Positions 17,111 to 27,800 of a stretch of DNA of 64,000 bases are shown here, piece after piece. The stretch lies in IMG/VR virus record IMGVR_UViG_2974533383_000001, positions 3,593 through 67,592 of that record; one strand, written 5' to 3'. The notes beneath the pieces are model-generated. The model was not told the DNA's origin and did not search any database. It worked only from the letters and a program-made list of their open reading frames with translations. Position 1 is the first letter of the stretch; every line of letters starts with the position of its first letter. Made by a program: the position numbers and the translations under genes. The DNA comes from a virus (lineage: Duplodnaviria; Caudoviricetes).

Positions 17111-20100
17111 GTGGGCCGCGAAGTTGCAGAAGCATATATCAACGTCCACGGTGACCTGTCTCCGTTCCGCCGTGACCTGGAGAAGGCCAACGAGGGAATG
17201 GAGAAGCTGGCCAAGCGCAGCGCCGACGACTTCTCGGACGCCTGGGGCAAGCGCATGGCAGCGGGCATCGACAAGCAGTGGAACTCCGTCATCGACGGGA
17301 TGTACAACGCTGAGGGGTTCGACCCCAACCGCCTAATCAAGGACTTCAACTCGAAGGACCTGGACGACGCCGAAGCCAAGATCAAAGACTTCATCCTCTC
17401 CATGCGTCGTCACGGCAAGCTCTCCGCCGATCAGTACAAGGAGATGAAGGCCAGCCTGACCGAGGCCATCAAGGCTACCCGGAACCAGCAGGGGGCGGAG
17501 GAGAAGCTAGCGAAGGACCGCCAGGCATGGAACCGCGCCCACCTGGACATGATGGCGGAGTTTGAAAGCCAGCGCCAGCAGGCCGCAGACAAGCGCAAGA
17601 AGGACGAGACCTCCTGGCACCGCGCCCATCTGGAGATGATGGACGAGTTCGACAAGCAGCGTCAGGCCTCCGCCGACAAGCGCAAGGCCGACGAGAAGGC
17701 ATGGCTGCGGGCCAACGATGACTTTGTGGCCAAGTTCCGCGAAGTCCGGAAGGCCTATGACGAGTCCTTTGACGGCATGTTCAAGACCGAGCAGGCCAAG
17801 CGCCTGACCGACGACCTCAAGAAGATGGTCACCGCCATTGAATCGGCGGACTGGTCCAAGTTTGCCAAGGGCTTCGACACCTTCGACGAGATGCGCGACC
17901 GCATCCACGAGGTCAACAAGTCAATGTTCGAGCAGGGCAAAATCTCGCAGGAGAACATCTCCCGGATCAACCGCGCCGCCGAGGAGTTCATCAAGACTGA
18001 GATGGAGAAGCGGAAGGCAGTGGAGGACGCCTCCGCCGCCACCAAGCGGGCCAAGGAGGAGGAGCTGCGCCTGACCGGCGAAGCACTCACGGCCTCGCGC
18101 AAGGCCCGCGAAGAAGCGGAGCGGATGGATAAGACCTTCGAGGGCATGGTCAACAAGGCCACCATCCGCAAGCTGGAGAACGACTTCCGGCGCCTGACGG
18201 AGGCGGTGGCCTCCAACGACTGGTCCTCCTTCTCCAAGGGGCACAAGGACTTCAATTCGATGCACGTGGAAATCAACCGCGTCATCGGCTCCATGCACTC
18301 CCTGGGCCGAATGTCTGACGACTCGCTGGGCCGGATCAACATCGAGCTGGACATGATGCGCAGCGGAGCCCGCGGCTTCCAGGGTGCCTTCCAGCGCGGC
18401 ACGGACCTGATCGACATGCTGCCGGCCAAGTTCAACCTTGGCTCCATCGCCCTGTCTCTGCTGACCCGCGGACTGGAGAACTTCGGCAAGAAGCTGGCGG
18501 GCATGTCCGGCTTCAATGTCGTCGGCGACATGCTCCGCGAAGGCTCCGAGTTCATGCAGAACATCGACCGCCACGCGGTGTCCTGGGCCAAGAACATGAC
18601 AGTGGGGGCGGGGGCCCTCTCGGCCGTCGTGTCCTCCGTTGGCGGCATCTCCGTCATCGGCTCGGACCTGGCTAAGATCCTTGGCGGACTGGCAGCTTTC
18701 GTGCCCGCCTTTGCCACCGGCTTCGGCATCGGAATCGGCACCCTGATCGCGGCCTTGAAGGACATGAAAACGGTCCTCAAGGACCTGGGTCCGGCCTTCT
18801 CTAAGCTGCAGGACAACATCTCCTCGACCTTCTGGAAGATCGCCGAGCAGCCGATCCGCAACCTGGTCAACAACACCATGCCACTGCTGAACGAAAAGCT
18901 GGCTGTCACCAGCGAGAACCTGGCTGGCATGTTCACCGAGTTCGCCCGGGTGCTGGATAACCAGGAGACGCGGGACTCCGCCGGACGCATGTTCGACCGG
19001 ATGAACAGCGCCATCAAGATCAGCCAGGGCATGATCGCGCCCCTGACCAACGCCTTTGTTACCCTGGCCGACTTTGGATCGCTCTACTTCGAACGCTTCT
19101 CCACCTGGCTGGTCAACGTCTCGACCCAGTTCAACGACTTCATCCAGAAGGCGGCGGCGGATGGCCGGCTGCAGAAGTGGATGGATGATGCCATCCAGGG
19201 ACTCAAGGACCTGTGGAGCATTGCCTCCTCCGCCGTCGGTATCTGGGGGGCTATCTCTGACGCGGCCGAGAAGGCGGGCTCCAAGGGCTTGCATGGCTTC
19301 GCCGAGAACCTGGCAGCCATCGAGAAAATTATGACCTCAGAACGCTTCCAGGCGGCGCTGGTGACGGTATTCCAGTCCGCAGGGACCGTGATGGAAGGCT
19401 TCAAGGAGGGCATCAAGAAGCTTGGTCCCGCCTTCGAGTCCGCCCTGCCCACCCTGGCTGGGGCAGCTTTCAACTTCAAGGGGATTATCGAGACTGCCTT
19501 CGGCTACCTGGCTGACTTCATCTCGAACAAGGGCCTACAGGATGGGTTCCTGACCTTCACCACCTCCATCAAGACCGCTCTCGATACCCTGGCGCCCTCC
19601 ATCCCGATCCTGGCCTCCGGGCTGGGTGGCCTGATGTCCTTCATGGGTACCGTTCTGGAGAACGTAGCGAGGATTGTCAACGAGGTAATTACCAAGCTGT
19701 CTCCTGTATTCGACAAGATGATGGAAAAGCTGGAGCCTTTGATCCCCGTTATCGGTGATTTGGCTGTGGCCTTTATCGACTCCCTGGCTCCAATTCTGGA
19801 AACCTTTGTCGATGAAATCCTTCCACCCCTGATTGATCTGATTAAGGACCTTGCTCCGCTTATTGCTGACTTCCTTAAGCAAATTACTCCCGGGGTAGTG
19901 GAGAATATCAAGGCCTTCGGTGAGGCACTAAAGGTCATTGTCGGTATCATCGACGGCGTTACCGATGCTCTGGATTCCCTCAAGGCTGGCGGTGACCTCG
20001 AATGGCTCGGCACCACCATCGAAGCCCTAGTGTCTGGCCCTGGCTCCGACGCCTCCAAGAAGATGGGCGATACCATCGCGGGCTGGATCAAGAGCATCGA

Positions 20101-21943
20101 CGTCGGCGCTGGCCTGGCCGAGCTGGGGCGCATGATCACCGATGGCTGGAACCGCATCTGGTCCGGCAACATCTTCGGGGATCAGCCGGGCAAGTTCTTC
20201 ACGGACTTCGGAAACAACTTCTCCAAGGGCCTCGACGCCATCGGCACCTTCCTGGGCGAGGCCTGGGAGAAGAGTCCCATCAAGAACTGGTGGGACGAGT
20301 CTGTCGTGCCCTGGTTCGACGACATCAAGAGGAGCGCCGAGGAGCTGTGGAAGGGCTTCACGGACTTCCTGAGCGGCCTGTTCGGCGGTGGTGGCGACGA
20401 GGGCGGCGGCACTGGCGGCGCTGGCTCCATGTCAGTAGGCAAGGCCATCGGCCTGGCCGACCTGGAGGACCCCTCCAAGTGGGAGGAGTTCGGCTCCAAC
20501 GTCCGGCAGTGGGTCACCGACTTCTTCACCGGCATCGGCGACTGGATCACCGAAACCTCCACCACCTTGAAGGAAGGGTGGGACGAGTTCTGGGGCGGCT
20601 TCGGGGACAAGGTATCCGAAATCTGGAACGGCATGGTGGAGTGGATCGTCACCAAGTACACCGAGATTTCCACCGGCATCATCGAGTGGTGGACCGGCGT
20701 ACAGGAGGGGTGGAACGCCTTCTGGGATGGGGTCAACCTCAAGGTCCAGGAAATCTGGACTGGCATCGTCACCTGGGTCACCACCAAGTACACGGAAATC
20801 AGCACTGGAATTACCCAGTGGTTTACCGACGTCAAGACTGGGTGGGACAACTTCTGGAAGTCCGTTTCCGACAAGGTGACTGAAATCTGGAATGGAATGG
20901 TTACGTGGATTGTCACCAAGTACACCGAGATTTCCAACAACATCTCTAGCTTCATCACTACCGTGCGGACCAACTGGGATAACTTCTGGAAGGCCGTCAA
21001 CGACAAGGTTGTTGAAATCTGGAATGGAGTGAAGTCCTGGATTGATACCAAGGTCACCGAAATCCGGACCAATATCGACAACTTCATCAACACCGTGCGC
21101 TCCAACTGGGATAACTTCTGGCGCGGGGTGGGGGACACTGTCTCCCGCATCTGGCAGGGCATGGTGTCTGCCATCTCCGGCTTCGTCGGCGGAATCATCG
21201 GCACCGTCTCCGGCTTTATCGGCAACGTGCGGGGCATCTGGGACGGCGGCTGGAACGGTATCACCACCGCGCTGCAGAACGCATGGAACAACATGGTCAC
21301 CGCCGTGCAGACCGGCGTGAACAACGTGGTCAGCTTTGTCTCCGGGCTGCCCGGTAAGATTCTCGGCTTCATCCAGGGCATCAACCTCTCCGGCGCTGGT
21401 GCGGCCATCATGAACGGCTTCCTTGGCGGCTTGAAGTCGGCATGGGGTGGGGTCACCAACTTCGTCGGTGGCATCGCAGACTGGATCGCCAAGAACAAGG
21501 GCCCGATTGAGTACGACCGCCGCCTCCTGGTCCCCGCTGGTGCTGCCATCATGCAGTCGCTGGTCGATGGTCTGCAGGGCGGCATGGGTGGACTCGAAAA
21601 TCAGGTCAACAACGTCACGGATCAGATCCTCTCCGGCGTCACGCAGGGGCTGGCTCGGTCTGCGATGTATGCGGCGGGGGCGGACGCTGCGCTGGGGCTG
21701 GCCGATGGCCTGTCCTCCAAGGCTGCCGATGTCGAGCGCGTGTTCAAGGGCCTCATTCCGGATGTGCCGGAAATGCGGGTCACCACTGGTTCCGGAGGGG
21801 TCGGGTACCCGACCCTTGGCGGCGGAGAGAGCGTCGGGGCTTCGGTCATCGTCGAGAACATCAACCTCCACTCCAACGCCTCAGACGAGGGAATCCTGGC
21901 CGAAAAGATCGTCGATGAACTCGTCGATGTCACCACTCTGTAG
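17111..21943 (+). CDS. tape measure protein
   Basis: 1610 aa, helical; AEAYINVHGD N-terminus; Trp-rich periodic repeats; follows the chaperone. Confidence 0.95.
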   Translation: MGREVAEAYINVHGDLSPFRRDLEKANEGMEKLAKRSADDFSDAWGKRMAAGIDKQWNSVIDGMYNAEGFDPNRLIKDFNSKDLDDAEAKIKDFILSMRRHGKLSADQYKEMKASLTEAIKATRNQQGAEEKLAKDRQAWNRAHLDMMAEFESQRQQAADKRKKDETSWHRAHLEMMDEFDKQRQASADKRKADEKAWLRANDDFVAKFREVRKAYDESFDGMFKTEQAKRLTDDLKKMVTAIESADWSKFAKGFDTFDEMRDRIHEVNKSMFEQGKISQENISRINRAAEEFIKTEMEKRKAVEDASAATKRAKEEELRLTGEALTASRKAREEAERMDKTFEGMVNKATIRKLENDFRRLTEAVASNDWSSFSKGHKDFNSMHVEINRVIGSMHSLGRMSDDSLGRINIELDMMRSGARGFQGAFQRGTDLIDMLPAKFNLGSIALSLLTRGLENFGKKLAGMSGFNVVGDMLREGSEFMQNIDRHAVSWAKNMTVGAGALSAVVSSVGGISVIGSDLAKILGGLAAFVPAFATGFGIGIGTLIAALKDMKTVLKDLGPAFSKLQDNISSTFWKIAEQPIRNLVNNTMPLLNEKLAVTSENLAGMFTEFARVLDNQETRDSAGRMFDRMNSAIKISQGMIAPLTNAFVTLADFGSLYFERFSTWLVNVSTQFNDFIQKAAADGRLQKWMDDAIQGLKDLWSIASSAVGIWGAISDAAEKAGSKGLHGFAENLAAIEKIMTSERFQAALVTVFQSAGTVMEGFKEGIKKLGPAFESALPTLAGAAFNFKGIIETAFGYLADFISNKGLQDGFLTFTTSIKTALDTLAPSIPILASGLGGLMSFMGTVLENVARIVNEVITKLSPVFDKMMEKLEPLIPVIGDLAVAFIDSLAPILETFVDEILPPLIDLIKDLAPLIADFLKQITPGVVENIKAFGEALKVIVGIIDGVTDALDSLKAGGDLEWLGTTIEALVSGPGSDASKKMGDTIAGWIKSIDVGAGLAELGRMITDGWNRIWSGNIFGDQPGKFFTDFGNNFSKGLDAIGTFLGEAWEKSPIKNWWDESVVPWFDDIKRSAEELWKGFTDFLSGLFGGGGDEGGGTGGAGSMSVGKAIGLADLEDPSKWEEFGSNVRQWVTDFFTGIGDWITETSTTLKEGWDEFWGGFGDKVSEIWNGMVEWIVTKYTEISTGIIEWWTGVQEGWNAFWDGVNLKVQEIWTGIVTWVTTKYTEISTGITQWFTDVKTGWDNFWKSVSDKVTEIWNGMVTWIVTKYTEISNNISSFITTVRTNWDNFWKAVNDKVVEIWNGVKSWIDTKVTEIRTNIDNFINTVRSNWDNFWRGVGDTVSRIWQGMVSAISGFVGGIIGTVSGFIGNVRGIWDGGWNGITTALQNAWNNMVTAVQTGVNNVVSFVSGLPGKILGFIQGINLSGAGAAIMNGFLGGLKSAWGGVTNFVGGIADWIAKNKGPIEYDRRLLVPAGAAIMQSLVDGLQGGMGGLENQVNNVTDQILSGVTQGLARSAMYAAGADAALGLADGLSSKAADVERVFKGLIPDVPEMRVTTGSGGVGYPTLGGGESVGASVIVENINLHSNASDEGILAEKIVDELVDVTTL

Positions 21944-21953
21944 GGGATAAGCA

Positions 21954-23171
21954 ATGTATGAGGGATACCTCTCCTTCGGGGGGATCGAGATTGGCAACCG
22001 CCAGCGCACCGAGGCGTACCTGAAAGCCAACGTGCCGGAAATCCAGTGGGACAAGGAGACCGCGGGGCTGAACGTGGCGCTGGGACACGCGGCCTACGTC
22101 TCCCCCGCTGCCGACGGCGCCCCCTGGTACCGGGCTTCGCGCCCTGCGACGGGACGGTTCTACGGGCTGTGGATTCACAAGATCACTGGCATCGAGGACT
22201 CCACCCGCACGGTCACCGGCACGGAACTGCTGGGCGACGGTGGCATTTCCACCCAGGCCCGGCACGCCTCGCGCGAAATCCGGGTGGTGGCCACCATGTT
22301 TGCCGCGGATGCGGAAGCCATGGAGGAGGGTAAGACCTGGCTGAACGAGGCGCTGGCACAGGACGCATGCGGTCCCAGCATGGGGCTCGGCTGCACAGGG
22401 CACCAGGTGTCGGTCTACACGGCACAGCCGACCACCATTGCGGAGGCCAACGCCCGCCGGCGGACCTACTACAAGACGGTCACTATCGACGGCCCCTCCT
22501 ACAAGAAGGACCTCGGCCACAAGAAGGTGCTGGGCTGGAAGGTGGACATCACCATCCGGGCCAACCGCCCCTGGGCCTTCACCAACGCGACGATCCTGTA
22601 CACCAGCGACGTCACGGCAGGCTCCTCCTTCACCGACCCCGCAGGCGAGAACTGCTCGGCCATGGATGACCCGTACCTGGACTTCATCGACGATCCGTTC
22701 TACACCGCCATCCAGAAGCCGCCACGGCCCGCGACGATCCTGCCCCCGAACATCCTCAAGATCAGCAGCTGGAGGCGGCGGACCTTCGCCCTGACGGCCG
22801 CAAGCCAGGACAGGTGGGGGCGGACCGTCCCCTCGCTGCGCGTCACCACCGCTGCCGGTGTCGCCAAGCAGCTGCGCATCCGGTTCTACCAAGGCACCAC
22901 CACCACCGCCGGCTGCGGATACGACGGGGAGTTCCTTATCTCCTACATCCCCGCCAACTCCGTGATGTTCATCGACGGCGTCAAGCGGGAAATCTACGTG
23001 ACGCTGCCCGATGGCCGGAGGGTCGCTGGTGGACACCTTCTCTACGGCTCCGATGGACGCCCGTTCAGCTGGCCCTCGATGGGCTGCCAGCAGGCCTACA
23101 CCATGACCGCCGACATCATGCCGGGACAGACCGGCGTCACCGTCCAACTCGAAACCTCCACGAGGGAGTAA
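21954..23171 (+). CDS. minor tail protein (distal-tail-like)
   Basis: first gene after the TMP; MYEGYLSFGG.EI.N..RT..Y start typical of this tail module. Confidence 0.75.
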   Translation: MYEGYLSFGGIEIGNRQRTEAYLKANVPEIQWDKETAGLNVALGHAAYVSPAADGAPWYRASRPATGRFYGLWIHKITGIEDSTRTVTGTELLGDGGISTQARHASREIRVVATMFAADAEAMEEGKTWLNEALAQDACGPSMGLGCTGHQVSVYTAQPTTIAEANARRRTYYKTVTIDGPSYKKDLGHKKVLGWKVDITIRANRPWAFTNATILYTSDVTAGSSFTDPAGENCSAMDDPYLDFIDDPFYTAIQKPPRPATILPPNILKISSWRRRTFALTAASQDRWGRTVPSLRVTTAAGVAKQLRIRFYQGTTTTAGCGYDGEFLISYIPANSVMFIDGVKREIYVTLPDGRRVAGGHLLYGSDGRPFSWPSMGCQQAYTMTADIMPGQTGVTVQLETSTRE

Positions 23172-23175
23172 CCCA

Positions 23176-24303
23176 GTGGCTACAGGCTGCACCAACCACA
23201 CCGCCTTCCTTTACGACCGAGGCGGCGAGCGCCAGATCGGCCAGCTCGATCCCCTTGAAAGGGTCAAGTGGGGGCGGGTCCGCGACGACATCTCCGAAGG
23301 GAACGTCTGGATCAGCTCCCCCGGGGAGGAGTGCGCCCAGGCGCTGGCCCTGGCCGAGGCCGGACGTGTGGAGCTGGTGATCTTCCGGGGGCCGGAGCGC
23401 GTCTGGGAGGGGCCAGTCACCCGCCTGTCCTACTTCGGCGACAATGTCCAGATCACCGCCAAGGACGTCATGTACTACACGGTGCGCACGATCATGCGTA
23501 ACGAGTACGACAACCGCCACCCCAACACCTCTACCGTGCTGGCGCGAGTGAAGCGTGTCATGGAGGGAGAGCTGGCCCGCAAGGAGGCGCTGGACCCGCC
23601 GATCAACGTCCTGGAGTACGTCCAGTACATGTCGGCAACAGCGCCAGGGGTGGCGGATTCCCGCACGGCCTCGCGCACGCTCAAGTACGAAACCACGGTA
23701 TTCAACCACGTGGATAACTTTGCGGCCCGGGGCGGCTTGGACTACACGGTCAACGGCCGCTCGATCCAGTTCTTCGACGTCCACGAGCGCATCGGCCAGA
23801 CCGCCCAGGTCACCCGCGACGACTTTATCGGCGAGCCCGTCATCACCCAGTACGGCGCCGAGCTTGCTACCTACGTCGCCATGACCGACGGCAAAGGCAA
23901 CTGGGGCGACTACCCCCGGGACGGAGCATCTGCCGATCCCTACTATGGGGAGTGGGAGGTTTTGCACCAGGCTTACGACGAAACTGCCCCGCAAGCAGAC
24001 CCCAACGATGTTCCCACGGTGGCAGAGATGCGCTCCCAAGCTCAGCGCGCATGGCTGCAGGGACACATCCCTCCGCTTGTCGTCCGAGTGCCGGACAATA
24101 CCCGCCTCAACCCCGAGGGCGTCCTCCAGATCAGCGACCTTGTCCCCGGTGTTTGGATTCCTCTCCGCGCTGAGTTGCCGGGTCGTACCGTAAGCCAGAT
24201 GCAGAAGCTGGATAAGATGACCGTTGAGGAGAAAGCCAGCGGTGGCGAAGAAATCAAGGTAGTGCTCTCTCCGGCATACCAAGAGGCTTATGTGGAGGAA
24301 TAG
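23176..24303 (+). CDS. minor tail protein (hub-like)
   Basis: WGRVRDDISE, ELVIFRG.ERVWEGPV, GLDYTV.GR motifs. Confidence 0.75.
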   Translation: MATGCTNHTAFLYDRGGERQIGQLDPLERVKWGRVRDDISEGNVWISSPGEECAQALALAEAGRVELVIFRGPERVWEGPVTRLSYFGDNVQITAKDVMYYTVRTIMRNEYDNRHPNTSTVLARVKRVMEGELARKEALDPPINVLEYVQYMSATAPGVADSRTASRTLKYETTVFNHVDNFAARGGLDYTVNGRSIQFFDVHERIGQTAQVTRDDFIGEPVITQYGAELATYVAMTDGKGNWGDYPRDGASADPYYGEWEVLHQAYDETAPQADPNDVPTVAEMRSQAQRAWLQGHIPPLVVRVPDNTRLNPEGVLQISDLVPGVWIPLRAELPGRTVSQMQKLDKMTVEEKASGGEEIKVVLSPAYQEAYVEE

Positions 24304-24305
24304 AC

Positions 24306-24821
24306 ATGGCACTGCCAATATCGTTTACGAAAGTTACCAACTGGGCTGACGCCGCAGACCCCAACAACATCCCCCCGGGGTTCAAGATCATCATGGCGTC
24401 GGACTTGCTCCGGTACGAGAACGGTATTGCCACCATTGTCGCCGAGCTAAACGCCCTCGGCACGACGGTATCCACCAACGGAACCGCACTGGGCACCCTG
24501 ACTACGTGGAAGAACTCTGCGGATACGGATATCACCAACCTAAAGAAGCTCCGCGCGGTCACCACAAAGACGGCAAACTACCCCATCGTCCTCGCGGACT
24601 CGGTCATTATCGGCAACAACACCGGCCTGACCTTCACTCTGCCCAAGGCTGTGGATGCTGGCATCGGCAAGACATTCACTGTGAAGAACAAGTTCAACGC
24701 AAACCTGACGGTGGCGGTGGCCGCCTCGGGTGGCACCATCGACGGCGCGGCCACCAAGGTCCTCGCCCAGTGGGCCAGCGCGGACTTCATCTCCGACGGC
24801 GCCAACTGGTTCGTCATCTAA
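24306..24821 (+). CDS. minor tail / fibre-associated protein
   Basis: C-terminal TLP.A...G.TFTVK...TIDG.....L.QW.S..FISDG.NW.VI motif common at fibre termini. Confidence 0.65.
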   Translation: MALPISFTKVTNWADAADPNNIPPGFKIIMASDLLRYENGIATIVAELNALGTTVSTNGTALGTLTTWKNSADTDITNLKKLRAVTTKTANYPIVLADSVIIGNNTGLTFTLPKAVDAGIGKTFTVKNKFNANLTVAVAASGGTIDGAATKVLAQWASADFISDGANWFVI

Positions 24822-24853
24822 CCCTCCACCCCATCTAACAAAGGACAACGACG

Positions 24854-27800
24854 GTGGAGCGTACCCCCCGCGACATGCAAGAGTGGATGCGCTCCATCGA
24901 GCGCAACCTGGCCAACGTCAAGCGAGCGGCATCATCGGTGCCGATCAGCTACTACGAAAAGACCATCACCGACATCACGGTGGACCGCGAGCGCACGCCC
25001 GCAGCGCCGGTGGAAATCACCCACCAGACCTCGCTCTACACCGACGGCGTCCTCGCCCGCCAGTATGGCCGGCTCATGGTGGACTTCCCCGATGTCACCA
25101 AGGCCACGGACGGCACCGATATCCCGGTATCGACCTACGAGCTGTGGGGGAGGGACGACACCAGCAACCTTCTGGAGTCCACCACCGGGGCTGTACCGGG
25201 GGCAGCAGCGCCCGGTCTGACCATGCCGGGCCTGGCTGCCACTCAGGCCTTCAAGGACGCTGCAGCCGCCTCCCAGGGTCAGTGGACGCTCCTGGCCACC
25301 TCCTCTACCTCCTCGATCCGCAGGGACGGGCTGGTCCCGGGGTCCATTTGGAGCTTCCGGGTCCGGGCCATGGGTACCTACACCAGCGCCCCGGGCCTGT
25401 TCTCGCAGGTCTACCAGGCGCAGATCACCAAGGACACCACCCCTCCGCCGCAGCCGTCGCGCCCTACCGTCGTGGCCGGACGCGGTGTTATCTCCGTGAG
25501 GTGGGACGGGCTGAGCGTCCTCGGAGCCATGCCCGCGGACTTCTCCCACCTGATCGTTGCCGCTAGCACATCCTCCTCACCGGAGGCAGAGGTGGATCGC
25601 TTCTTCTTCGGCGGTGGCGTCACCGTCCTGTCGGACTTCGATTACTACACCCCCGTCTTTGTCCGCTTCCAGGCGGTGGACCTCGCGGGCAACAAGTCCC
25701 CATGGTCCGAGCAGACGGTGGGCATCACCACACCGCTGGTCGATACCGATGTCATCCTCTCCGAAATCGACGGGGCCAAGACGGTCATCAAGAACGTCGC
25801 CGGGGAGGCGCTGCGCGACGGGGCCATCCGGCAGAACCACCTTGCCGACAATGCCGTCTCGCAGGAGAAGCTTGCGGACAACATCATCTCCGCTGCCAAG
25901 CTGGAGACGACGGTCAACGACTCCATTGCCAAGGGCATCGCCGACGCCGCCACCGCACAGGGGGCAGCCAACGCGGCCAACTCCGCAGCGGGCACCGCCC
26001 AGACGGCGGCAAACAACGCCCAGGCGGTGGTGGACAAGATCATCGCCTCGGGCACTTCCATGGTCCTGAACGGCAACTTCGAGTCCGGGGATGCCGATTG
26101 GGGCACCGGGGCCTACGCCTTCACCCGTACCTCCGCAGTCACCCGCTCGGGCACCAAGGTCATGTACCTGGCTCCGTCTCCGGGCAACACCTGGCCGGTG
26201 TCCAACTACACCAACGTGGTGCCGCAGCGCTCCTACTACTTGGAGATGTGGGTGCGCCGGATCGGCTCCTCGCAGATCAGCACCGACGATGTCGGCTTCG
26301 TGGTCCAGCACACCACCACCTCCGGAGGAACCTCCACCGTCATCGCCGGGATCGTCAAGGCCGCGACCCTGAATGAAACCGGCCTGACCAAGATTTCCTA
26401 CACCTACACGGTGCCCAACACCATCGACCCCTACAGGGTTCGGTTCGCTCCGTGGGCACGCGCCTCGACCAACGGGTACGAGGTAGACGACTTCCTGGCA
26501 CTGGACGTCACCGAGTCCAAAGCTGCCTTCGACGCAGCTGCCGCCGCCCAGTCCAAGGCGGACCTCGCGTGGGACAAGGGTGTGGCGGCGCTGACCGCAG
26601 CGGGCCTCGCCCAGACCGCAGCTGACGGCAAGGCGACGGTCTACTACCCGAACACCGCCCCCGCCGGCAATGGCTACAAGGCTGGCGACATCTGGTTCCG
26701 GGGCACCGACAATAAGGTCCACATCTGGGATCCTGCTGCGAACTCCGGCGCTGGTGGATGGGTGGCCAAGACCGACGCCGCTATCGGCATCGCCCAGCAG
26801 GCAGCCAACGACGCTGGAACCGCCGCTGCTGCCGCGAAGAAGGCAGCCGACGACGCCCGCGCCATCACCGACGCCAACGCCAACTCCATCGGGAACATCA
26901 ACACCGATCTGGCAGCCAAGGCCCAGGCCATCATCGACGCGAACTCGCGCATCGACACCGTCTCACAGACCGCCAATGGTAAGAACAAGATCACCTACTC
27001 GGTCAACGACGCCTCCGGCGCAAACACCGCTGGCGACATCTGGTTCAAGAAGTCCGGCGCGCTGATCATCAAGCAGTGGGAGGGGCAGGGCGGCACGAGC
27101 TGGGCCGTCCGTTCCCTCGACGGCGCGACACTGGCCAATCTCGACGCTGGCACCATTACCGTCGGATGGCTCTCCGCTGCCCGCATCCAAGCTGGCACCA
27201 TCACCGCCGACAAGCTCGTCATCGGCCACGGTGCGAACATGCTGGTCGATCCCTCCTTCGAGGACGACGCGATCAACACGCTGCGCATCGGCACCAGCGC
27301 GTGGACGGTGGCCAGCAACACCCCTGACGGGAAGTACTTCACCTTCACCGGGACCACTGGGGCGGTGGTGGACCTGCGCCTGGACAACAACTCCGGCCAG
27401 CTGTTCACCGCAGACCCCAAGGGCTCATACTCCCTGACGATCGACACCGACGCTGCAGCCAACGGCATGCAGGCATTCCTTGTCGTCACCTACGCCGATG
27501 GAGCCACCGCCTCCGGCCCCTTCGTCAAGACCTTCCCGGGGCTGGACGGCACCCGCAAGACCTCCGCCATCATCTGGGAACTGGACAAGCTGCTCAACGC
27601 CTCCGGCTCTCCCGTGAGGACGTTCCGCATCGTTGTCCGGCGCCCGTCCTCGGTTGCGGCCGCAGCGGTATCGAATATCTTCTCGGCCCGCTTCGCCACT
27701 GCCATGACCGGCGAGTTGATCGTCGATGGCACCATCACCGCGGGCAAGGTCAAGACCGGAGAGCTCACCGCTGCCCACATTGCGGCCAACTCGCTGACCA

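Noticed and set aside
17921-21871. Long antisense ORFs opposite the tape measure (similar ones lie opposite terL, portal, capsid and primase)
   Set aside because: These are expected shadows of high-GC3 codon usage. They have no RBS or motifs, and their translations mirror the sense-strand codon pattern.
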